Shown in pieces: positions 1 to 7,837 of a stretch of 64,000 bases of DNA. The notes under the pieces are model-generated. The model did not search any database. It was not told where the DNA came from and saw nothing but the letters and a program-made list of their open reading frames with translations. Both the position numbers and the translations under genes were made by a program. The stretch comes from Candidatus Bathyarchaeia archaeon (GTDB taxonomy: Archaea > Thermoproteota > Bathyarchaeia > Bathyarchaeales > Bathycorpusculaceae), in the NCBI GenBank assembly GCA_050010755.1, contig JBEKKK010000002.1, forward strand, positions 128,001 to 192,000. The letters are read 5' to 3'. Each line of letters starts with the position of its first letter. Position 1 is the first letter of the stretch.

Positions 1-1
1 C

Positions 2-895
2 TCTAACAGGTTTATCGAGAGGACGGCTGACTGGCGTATAACTCGAGACAACCCTAGCATCCACCTGCTTGAATACCGCGTACCACTGGGGCAACAAGAA
101 AGCTTCAGAAAAAACTATCCTCCTGACAAACTGAAGAACATAAAGAAAGAAGTGTATGAACAAACTATCCTTAAGAAGGGTGAAATAGATTGCGGAACCA
201 CCGGTCAAATCTTCAACAAGTACGGTCTTGAATGCAGCCCAGAAAATCTCTCTGCAAAAAAAGTCAACATCTACGAGCTTGTGGAGAAAACTCGTCAGAA
301 GTTCGGTTTCCCAATGCCAAGAGTCGTTGTTTCCAACACGATGCTTCCCAATGCGGCAGCCTCAGGGCCGAGCCCAAGCCGCGGAACCGTGCTCATCACG
401 ACAGGACTCTTGGCTCAGCTTAATGAGGATGAAATCATAAGCGTGTTGGGACATGAGTTCGGCCACCTTAAAGGGCGCGATCCGCTCCTTCTCTTCGGCC
501 TGATGTCGGCGGAGTTTCTCTTCCGATTTTACGTCCTTTTGCCCCTGTTTACGTTCTTATTCACCACGTTGCTCTTCCTCGTGTATTTCTGGGCAGTCAT
601 GACCCTCATATTCTTTATTGCTAAGTTCTTCGAGGCTCGAGCAGACCTCACTTCGGCCATAGTTATCCGGCAACCACGCGTCTTGGCCGATGCCCTCGAA
701 AAGATAGGCTTCAAACGGCTGCTGTTCGAACGCGTACCCTCCTATCGCATTCAAGAATGGACTAGTTTGGACCCTCACCCGCCCATCTACTTCCGAGTCG
801 ACCGGCTCAGAAAACTCCAAGACACAACAAACATAAAACATCCGCTCTTTCAATCGGCTAAAGAAGTGACCAGAGGTTTCATCAACAGCTTATGA
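2..895 (+). CDS. htpX: M48 family (HtpX-like) membrane zinc metalloprotease, 5'-truncated by window edge
   Basis: Frame open from position 2; PNAAA motif, HEFGH zinc motif, two hydrophobic helices, EARAD third ligand, HPP motif. Confidence 0.85.
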   Translation, partial: SNRFIERTADWRITRDNPSIHLLEYRVPLGQQESFRKNYPPDKLKNIKKEVYEQTILKKGEIDCGTTGQIFNKYGLECSPENLSAKKVNIYELVEKTRQKFGFPMPRVVVSNTMLPNAAASGPSPSRGTVLITTGLLAQLNEDEIISVLGHEFGHLKGRDPLLLFGLMSAEFLFRFYVLLPLFTFLFTTLLFLVYFWAVMTLIFFIAKFFEARADLTSAIVIRQPRVLADALEKIGFKRLLFERVPSYRIQEWTSLDPHPPIYFRVDRLRKLQDTTNIKHPLFQSAKEVTRGFINSL

Positions 896-956
896 TGGGC
901 AGAAGAGCTGCACTCAGCGAAACAGAGTTCGATTTGATTCATGCGTCACAGTCTTC

Positions 957-1262
957 TCAGATGTCAACTAGTATCTGTTCTCCTTCTGTTTTCGTCTGAT
1001 ATACAGGTTCAGACTTCTTTGCGGGTCCTTTCATAACGCTTCCAGTTGTAACGTCGAAAATCGAACCATGACAAGGGCATGTTACATTTCCTCCTTTGAG
1101 CGTACCGTCCGACAGCATACAACCCATATGAGTGCAACGATTCCCAATGGCATAGAACTTGCCCTCCAGATTGACAACGACAATTTCCTTGCCACCTCCC
1201 TCCACGCCAATCATGCCGCCCGGCTCCAAATCCTTCACAAGGGCGACTTTCAAAAACGTCAT
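957..1262 (-). CDS. Rieske [2Fe-2S] ferredoxin
   Basis: CTHMGC and CPCHGSIFD Rieske motifs in 101 aa. Confidence 0.9.
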   Translation of the reverse strand: MTFLKVALVKDLEPGGMIGVEGGGKEIVVVNLEGKFYAIGNRCTHMGCMLSDGTLKGGNVTCPCHGSIFDVTTGSVMKGPAKKSEPVYQTKTEGEQILVDI

Positions 1263-1403
1263 CCCGGCTCACCTCCTCAATATTCTCTCAACCCAATGAC
1301 TAACAACCCGAAAAGATCTTATAAAAAACTTCCCGTATTCGCCATGAAACAGGAAAAAGCTTCTATTCCTGCATTTTGACGTAGACCAAAGATGATGTGG
1401 CCA

Positions 1404-1419
1404 GTAAACCTTTTTATAG
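1404..1419 (+). promoter_or_regulatory. BRE/TATA promoter of the DEAD-box helicase
   Basis: gtaaaccTTTTTATAg about 105 nt upstream of the likely start. Confidence 0.5.
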
Positions 1420-1524
1420 AAGGCCCACTCTCTAATGGCCTGTCACATTAATTCATGCTTACCAAAGCTTTTGAAAGCTTTCAGAACTTGCATGCAAAAT
1501 TTTGTGGCAGGAGAAATGAAACAT

Positions 1525-2661
1525 ATGCAGATGCAACACTTTAAAGACTTGCCACTGAGTCCGGAAGTAATGAAGGGCATCGAGGAACTTGGATTCACGG
1601 ATCTTTTTCCAATTCAAGCTCAGGCCATAACTCCATTACTTGAGGGCAAGGACGTAATCGGACAAGCGCAAACCGGCACCGGCAAGACAGCCGCTTTCGG
1701 AGTTCCAATGATTGAACGCTTAGACCCAAATGACAAAAGGGTTCAAGGATTGGTCTTGGAGCCAACGCGTGAACTTGCTGAACAAGTCGCAGAACACATG
1801 TACCGGTTCGGCAAATATACTGGGTTCAAGGTTCTGCCAGTCTACGGCGGCGAATCTATCCAGAAACAAATACGCACCCTTGAAGCGGGTGTCCAAATCG
1901 TAGTGGGCACGCCTGGCCGCATAATAGACCTGATGGAAAGGCGCGTGCTAAACTTGGCACACGTAAGAATAGTCGTCTTAGACGAAGCTGACAGAATGCT
2001 TGACATGGGGTTCATCGAAGACATAGAGTACATCCTCTCGAGGGTTCCGACCAACAGGCAGACCAGCCTCTTCTCGGCAACTATAGAACAGACAGTTATG
2101 AACGTGTGTCACAGGTACATGAAGAACCCTGAGAAAATACTAGTTAGCAAGGATGAAATAGCTCTGACGCAGATACACCAGTACTACACCGTTGTAAATC
2201 CTCACAGCAAATTTGAAAGCCTCTGCGGCATACTCGAAGCAAACCACATAGGGAGAGCCATAATCTTCTGCAAGACCCGAACAGAGACAAGCTTCTTAGC
2301 CGACAAATTGAGGGCAAGAGGATACGATGCAAAACCCCTACACGCTGGCTTCACGCAACCGCAGAGAAACTTCGTCATAGACTGTTTCAGAAGGGGAAAG
2401 TTAAAGCTGCTCATTGCAACCGATGTTGCGGCAAGAGGCTTGGATATTCAGGGAATCACCCACATAATCAACTACGACGTTCCATTAGACGCCCTGGTCT
2501 ACTTCCACAGAATCGGAAGGACTGCGAGGATGGGACTGGAAGGCACGGCCATAACGCTGGTGGGCTACGGAGAACTGGGAGAGCTGGAACAGATTAAGGC
2601 CTTGACCAAAACTAACATAGAGGAAATCGAATCGAGCTCCGAATTTGCACGGCATTTATAA
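1525..2661 (+). CDS. DEAD-box ATP-dependent RNA helicase (core only, no long C-terminal extension)
   Basis: Q motif, AQTGTGKT, PTRELA, TPGR, DEAD, SAT, ARGLD, HRIGRTAR; start uncertain (1516/1525/1531). Confidence 0.95.
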   Translation: MQMQHFKDLPLSPEVMKGIEELGFTDLFPIQAQAITPLLEGKDVIGQAQTGTGKTAAFGVPMIERLDPNDKRVQGLVLEPTRELAEQVAEHMYRFGKYTGFKVLPVYGGESIQKQIRTLEAGVQIVVGTPGRIIDLMERRVLNLAHVRIVVLDEADRMLDMGFIEDIEYILSRVPTNRQTSLFSATIEQTVMNVCHRYMKNPEKILVSKDEIALTQIHQYYTVVNPHSKFESLCGILEANHIGRAIIFCKTRTETSFLADKLRARGYDAKPLHAGFTQPQRNFVIDCFRRGKLKLLIATDVAARGLDIQGITHIINYDVPLDALVYFHRIGRTARMGLEGTAITLVGYGELGELEQIKALTKTNIEEIESSSEFARHL

Positions 2662-2767
2662 GGAACCGCGACACATTATAAAAGCGCGGTAGCGTTCTGT
2701 TCTTGAATAGGAAACAGCGACACAACGCTACACAAAACAACCAAAAAAACAAAAAGGAGTGATAAAA

Positions 2768-3055
2768 ATGGCAGAAAATCAAAAGACTGTTTTCATTGGC
2801 AGGAAACCGGCAATGAGCTACGTACTGGCGATCATCACGAGCCTCTCACAAAGCAACTCTAAGGAAATAACCTTGAAGGCACGCGGACAAGCTATAACGA
2901 CAGCTGTTGACGTTGCTGAAATCACTAGAAGCCGGTTCTTAAAAGACCTAAAAGTAAGCAAGATCGCCATAGGAACCGAACAGATGCCACCTCGAGAAGG
3001 AGAAAACAGTGCAAGAATGGTTTCTACAATGGAAATAACCTTGGCGAAAGAGTAG
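2768..3055 (+). CDS. albA: DNA/RNA-binding protein Alba
   Basis: VFIGRKPAMSYV, LKARGQAITTAVDVAEI, VSTMEITL; SD aaggagtga upstream. Confidence 0.93.
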   Translation: MAENQKTVFIGRKPAMSYVLAIITSLSQSNSKEITLKARGQAITTAVDVAEITRSRFLKDLKVSKIAIGTEQMPPREGENSARMVSTMEITLAKE

Positions 3056-3062
3056 AAAAACA

Positions 3063-3695
3063 TTGAGAAACAAAGTATCCGTAGGCGAGTATCTCGCCTT
3101 TCTTTCTTTAAAATATGAAGTCGACCCGGATCAGCTTTTTCACGCGTTATGTTTGGCGTGGGAGAACCTGAAAGCCACGTGCGGGGAGATCCTCATTCAG
3201 TGCCGCAGCAAGACTCAGGACAAAGCGGTGTTCCTGATGACTAAGGACTCCAAAGTTGTCTCTCAGTTTCCAATACCGAAAGAGTTTCTTTTCGACAACG
3301 CCAACCCTATCAGGACGTTGCAGAGGGCCGAAATGTTCGGAAGACGAGCGATCAAGAAGCCTGAAACGACATATTGTTTTCAGATAAAGGATTTGAGGGT
3401 CGGCATGAAAAAGATCAGTTTGACGGCAAGGGTGTTGGAGATTCCGAAGCCCACTTTTGTTTTTACGAGGTTTGGCAATTATGCTAGTGTCGCCAATGCC
3501 TCTGTGGCTGACGAGACGGGGACGGTGAAGCTGTGTTTGTGGAATGAGCAGATAGAAGCCGTTTCAACCGGAGATATGATTCAGATAGAGAATGCCCACA
3601 TGTCCCTGTTTAGGGGCGAACGCCAGCTGAGGATTGGGAAGAATGGGAAGCTCAGCATCGTTGAGAAAATGGATTCGGCGAAGCTGGAGAACTGA
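3063..3695 (+). CDS. OB-fold single-stranded nucleic acid binding protein (SSB/RPA-like) with an extra N-terminal domain
   Basis: C-terminal IKDLRVGM...VADETGTVKLCLWNEQI...IENA...LRIGKNG resembles crenarchaeal SSB; first ~100 aa unrecognised. Confidence 0.8.
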   Translation: MRNKVSVGEYLAFLSLKYEVDPDQLFHALCLAWENLKATCGEILIQCRSKTQDKAVFLMTKDSKVVSQFPIPKEFLFDNANPIRTLQRAEMFGRRAIKKPETTYCFQIKDLRVGMKKISLTARVLEIPKPTFVFTRFGNYASVANASVADETGTVKLCLWNEQIEAVSTGDMIQIENAHMSLFRGERQLRIGKNGKLSIVEKMDSAKLEN

Positions 3696-3719
3696 AGGCT
3701 AGGAGCCGTTTTTGCTGGT

Positions 3720-4388
3720 TTAGTCTCTACTTGCGAGTATCACAATATAGTCGGCGGTGTCTGCGCACTGGTCTGCGGCTTGTTCGATGAATTCGATGAG
3801 ATCATCGAATATTACCATGGCACCGATGTTCATTTGTTGTCCGTATTTGATGAATGAGGCTTTTGTCTTGAGGTAGTCGTCGTCGATTTGATGTTCGATT
3901 TCTTCGACTTTTTGGGCGCCTGTTATGGCTTCCATTGGGGCGACGTTGATTTTCTCTATGCAGACGCGGAGGGCTTGTGCACAGTCTACGAGAAGAGAGG
4001 TCATGTGGACGGTTCTGTCCAACATCTCCTGTGGTAGTCGAGTGCCGGCGAGCATTTCCATGCATCGTGCAGCGTCTTTGACGTGGTCGGCGAGTGTGTC
4101 GAGTCTTTTTACAAGGTGAAGGAGGTCTTCTCGGTAGTCAGCGAACAGTGCTGCGCCCTTGGACAGTTCCTTGAACACGTCGGTTCTAAGCTTGTCAACC
4201 TCCTCTTCTTCTTTGAAGAGGTTTTCGATGCGTTGGAGGGCCTCTTTTTCGTTTCCTTCCGACAGGCTTCGCACTGCCTGATTGAGCAGCGTCACGGTGT
4301 CGAGGGCCTTCGCGATCTGATCTTGAGCCAGGTCTAGGGCTTTGGTTCGGCGTCGTCTTTCGAACCAGGCGTAACTTCGCTTCTCCAT
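3720..4388 (-). CDS. DUF47 / PhoU-like phosphate transport regulator
   Basis: Two helical repeats with EEEVDKLR, D..ADHVKD, EHQIDD and EQAADQCAD acidic motifs; ATG at 4388 with TATA (ttataag) upstream. Confidence 0.85.
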   Translation of the reverse strand: MEKRSYAWFERRRRTKALDLAQDQIAKALDTVTLLNQAVRSLSEGNEKEALQRIENLFKEEEEVDKLRTDVFKELSKGAALFADYREDLLHLVKRLDTLADHVKDAARCMEMLAGTRLPQEMLDRTVHMTSLLVDCAQALRVCIEKINVAPMEAITGAQKVEEIEHQIDDDYLKTKASFIKYGQQMNIGAMVIFDDLIEFIEQAADQCADTADYIVILASRD

Positions 4389-4683
4389 GCGCGTATCTCC
4401 GTTAAATAATACTTTTTGCATTCCACTTATAACCTTTCTTAGAATCTCGTAGAGCGTTATCCCGCTTGAGCGCAAGATCGCAATGGCGTACCGTGCCGAT
4501 CTCCCTTTTGTCTTTACATCCCGTCGTAATGTTTGGGTGTAAGAAATGATGTTGAAAGAGTACTCGTGAATTCTAAATCAACGTCTTCAGCGCAAGATTG
4601 TAATCCGTTGTAATGGCGCCTGTAAATAGTGTGTCCCTTGAAATTCGTGCGTGTTTAGTCTATCTCTGCGCGGGTTGGTGCGG

Positions 4684-5148
4684 TCAGGGCGAGGGGTTGT
4701 TCTTTTCTGACAGCCAGTAGGCTTTTTTCTTTCCTTTTTCGGTTATGACGTGTTCTTTCTTGAAGATTGGCGCTTCGCTTTTGTATCTCTCTACGGCTTG
4801 TTCAAGGACTGGAAAGATGTTCTGACGGTGGGAACCTGCCACCAAGACGTAGACGAGGTCTTCGCTCGGGCTGAATTCTCCGAGCAGATGGTGTATTTGG
4901 ACATCCGTTACGCCTGGCTTTTTTCGCAGGTCGCTGCATATTTTCTCCAGCATTTGGTCTGCCTTCTCTTCGTAGGCTTCCAGTTCCAGTTTTTCGACTT
5001 TTTCGCCTTTTTTGTCCTCCTCGCGAACCACTCCGATGAAGAGTGCGATTGCTCCAGCCTTCTTGAAGTTGGGTTCTTTCTTGGCGTTGCCTATCAAGTC
5101 GGGAAGAGAGAATGTTCCTTTTTGATGTACTCCCGCTCGTTTTGCCAT
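4684..5148 (-). CDS. moaE: Molybdopterin synthase catalytic subunit
   Basis: GAIALFIGVVR, LEAYEE, HHLLG, SHRQ, K..APIFKKE. Confidence 0.9.
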   Translation of the reverse strand: MAKRAGVHQKGTFSLPDLIGNAKKEPNFKKAGAIALFIGVVREEDKKGEKVEKLELEAYEEKADQMLEKICSDLRKKPGVTDVQIHHLLGEFSPSEDLVYVLVAGSHRQNIFPVLEQAVERYKSEAPIFKKEHVITEKGKKKAYWLSEKNNPSP

Positions 5149-5186
5149 TATTTCACCATGGGCCTGTCTGTGCTGCTTCCACGGGT

Positions 5187-6242
5187 TTATTCTGTTGCTT
5201 CTTGTCCGGCTGTCTTCATGTATTTGCGCATGTCTTCCGGGGTGGCTGAGGGAACCGGCAGGTCTTTCATCGTGTAAAGGCCGGCTGGGGCGTTTATTAC
5301 TCTTGGAATTGCATTGACGACGACGGCAACTGTTCCTATGTCGCCGTGGACGCAGGGTTGGATTTTCTGGTTGATGTTTGGGACGCCTTTGATTGTTACT
5401 GAGTCGTATTCTTCTCTTGCCCCTATGTAGGCTTGGAAATCTAGGTTTATGGCTTCTCTGTTTTTCACTATGCCTTGTGCTTTCTGTTTCAAGCCAGCCA
5501 CTTTTCCCGCGTCGACTCTTATGTCCTTGCTTTCAACGGCTTTCTTAGCGATGACTCGCTCGACGGATTGCACGTTTATCTTGTCGAGTTTCCATGCGAG
5601 GGCGTTGGCGATCATGCTGATGGATTGTTCGAGACCGACGTGTCCTGTGATGTGTTTCTTGGTGATTTTCTTTTGGAATTCTTCCGTGGTCAGTCCTGCT
5701 CCTATCTTTTTCTGGAACGGTACGCGTCTCGTCGCCGCGTTCATGATCCTTGTTACTTCGATTTTGTCTATTTTTTCGCATGCCGAAGTTAGTGTTATGA
5801 CCAGCGTGTCCATGAGAAAGCCGGGGTTTATCCCGGTGCCTAGGACGGTTGCATCGTGCTTCTTGGCCAGGGCGTCGAGTTTTCTTGCGAGTTCTGGTTC
5901 GGAAACGTATGGGTATGAGAGTTCTTCGCAGGTTGATACGACGTTGACGCCTTGTTTTAGGATTGAGGCTATCTGAGGGTACGTGTCTTTGAGGAAGGAT
6001 GAGGTTGTGTGGATTGCGATGTCCGCCATTGTCCCGTCCCGAAGCGCAGATTCAATGTTTTTTGAAATCTTGGTTCCGACTTTTCGATTCAGTCCTAAGA
6101 CTTCGCCAATGTCTTTTCCTATCTTGTCTTTGGCCACGTCTACTGCGCCGACTATTTCTACTCCTTCTTTTTCCAGCAAGAACTTGGCGATGAAACCGCC
6201 CACAACGCCCATTCCGAACGATATTACTTTTATCTTCTCCAT
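5187..6242 (-). CDS. NAD(P)-dependent oxidoreductase, 2,4-diaminopentanoate dehydrogenase (Ord)/DapB-like family
   Basis: Rossmann GMGVVG, VVSTCEEL, LGTGINPGFLMD, GHVG...S, GDIGT...VNAIPRV..A.AGL. Confidence 0.75.
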   Translation of the reverse strand: MEKIKVISFGMGVVGGFIAKFLLEKEGVEIVGAVDVAKDKIGKDIGEVLGLNRKVGTKISKNIESALRDGTMADIAIHTTSSFLKDTYPQIASILKQGVNVVSTCEELSYPYVSEPELARKLDALAKKHDATVLGTGINPGFLMDTLVITLTSACEKIDKIEVTRIMNAATRRVPFQKKIGAGLTTEEFQKKITKKHITGHVGLEQSISMIANALAWKLDKINVQSVERVIAKKAVESKDIRVDAGKVAGLKQKAQGIVKNREAINLDFQAYIGAREEYDSVTIKGVPNINQKIQPCVHGDIGTVAVVVNAIPRVINAPAGLYTMKDLPVPSATPEDMRKYMKTAGQEATE

Positions 6243-6285
6243 GGTCGTCTGGTCTCCTCGGAGCTTATGTTTTACCGAGGTTGAC

Positions 6286-6360
6286 CATATAAAAGTGTGT
6301 CTGGACAGCGTTCGACTTGAATGTTCGTTTAGAACCTTTACGTTTGTAAACTTTTATATC
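6286..6360. promoter_or_regulatory. Back-to-back TATA boxes of a divergent promoter (ord-like gene / hdr-kor operon)
   Basis: ACTTTTATAT on the minus strand (~6287-6296) and on the plus strand (~6350-6359). Confidence 0.6.
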
Positions 6361-6394
6361 TATGGCATCGCCCACTACTAGAGAGGCCCAATAA

Positions 6395-7837
6395 TTGGAA
6401 AGCCCAGTGACCGCTCTTTCCAAAAAGACTCTTGCGAAGATTCTGGACGCTGACAAGCTCAAGTACTGCTTTGAGTGCGGCATCTGTACGGCCAGCTGTT
6501 CTATGGCCGAGATGCTTGGAAACGACTACAACCCGCGAGCGCTGCTGGAGCAGGTTTGTCTTAACCCAGAGTCTGTTTTCAACTTGGATGAGCTTTGGCT
6601 TTGCGGGTGGTGTTACCGCTGCCAGAAACGTTGCCCTCAAGGTTTGAAACTGCCTGAAATATTCCTCTCGCTTCGATTAATCGCTAAGGAGCACGGCGGC
6701 ATGAAGGCTTTTGACAGAGCTCTTCAGAAAATAGTTGAGAATGTTCCTCTTCCACTCGTGACGACGCTGGTCTGTTTTCATCCTGAACGCGCTGGGCTAG
6801 AGAATGCCAAGGTTCTGGAGAAGATTGAGCAGATGCGCGGCGAATGGCTCAGGGCGAAGAAGCCTGAAAAATCGGGGCGAGCGTCAGAAAAGGTTGCCGT
6901 AATCGGTTCGGGACCTGCGGGCCTCACCGTCGCGTACGAGTTGGGCAGAAAGGGTTATTCGATCACGGTGTTTGAGTCTCTTCCTGAACTGGGCGGGATG
7001 CTGAGAAAATGTATACCAGAATATCGTTTGCCCAAGAAGATCCTTGCCGAGGAAGTCAAGTTCATAGAAGACTTGGGCGTCGAGGTCAAGACAGGCACAG
7101 AGATCGGGAAGGATGTGAGTTTTGAGGATCTGCGAAAGATGGGTTTTCAGGCTGTTTTTGTCGGAGCTGGGGCTCACAAGAGCCAGGGGCTCAAGGTCGA
7201 AGGGTGCGACTTGGAAGGAGTGACCGACGCTCTGGATTTTCTGTGGAGTTCGAATTGTGGTAAGAAAACGCGTGTGGGCAAGAACGTTGTCGTTGTCGGG
7301 GGTGGCAACGTTGCCATGGACGCGGCAAGAACGGCGAAGCGCAACGGGGCGGAAATGGTGACGGTGCTTTATCGAAGGTCGAGGGATGAGATGCCGGCGA
7401 ACCCGTGGGAGGTCAAAGAGGCGGAAGATGAGGGCGTGAAGATCGAGTTTTTGGTTTCGCCCAAAAAGGTTCTGGGGGAAAAGGGTAAGGTTTGCGGCTT
7501 GGAGTGTGTTCGGATGCAGTTGGGCGAGCCTGACGATTCTGGCAGGAGAAAGGCTGTTACTGCAGAGGGTTCGGATTTCAAGTGGGAGACTGACATGATG
7601 GTGCTCGCGATCGGCGAGGCGCCGGACTTGCGGTTCTTGCCGAAGCAGTTTGAGTTAAACGAAGATGGGACGGTTTGGGTCAACCCGGTGACGATGGAGA
7701 CGAGCGTGCCAGGCGTTTTCGCCGGAGGGGACGCCGTGACCGGCCCTGCCTCGGTGATTGAGGCGATTCGGGATGGGAAGCGCGCCGCGGAGTCTATTGA
7801 AAGCCTCCTGGTATCTGAGAGGAGGGTGAGACAGTGA
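6395..7837 (+). CDS. Fusion of HdrC-like 2x[4Fe-4S] domain and GltD/NfnB-like FAD/NAD(P) oxidoreductase
   Basis: CFECGICTASC and LWLCGWCYRCQKRCP; VIGSGPAGL, IPEYRLP, GGGNVAMDAAR, YRRS..EMPA, VFAGGD...GPASVIEAI. Confidence 0.85.
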   Translation: MESPVTALSKKTLAKILDADKLKYCFECGICTASCSMAEMLGNDYNPRALLEQVCLNPESVFNLDELWLCGWCYRCQKRCPQGLKLPEIFLSLRLIAKEHGGMKAFDRALQKIVENVPLPLVTTLVCFHPERAGLENAKVLEKIEQMRGEWLRAKKPEKSGRASEKVAVIGSGPAGLTVAYELGRKGYSITVFESLPELGGMLRKCIPEYRLPKKILAEEVKFIEDLGVEVKTGTEIGKDVSFEDLRKMGFQAVFVGAGAHKSQGLKVEGCDLEGVTDALDFLWSSNCGKKTRVGKNVVVVGGGNVAMDAARTAKRNGAEMVTVLYRRSRDEMPANPWEVKEAEDEGVKIEFLVSPKKVLGEKGKVCGLECVRMQLGEPDDSGRRKAVTAEGSDFKWETDMMVLAIGEAPDLRFLPKQFELNEDGTVWVNPVTMETSVPGVFAGGDAVTGPASVIEAIRDGKRAAESIESLLVSERRVRQ

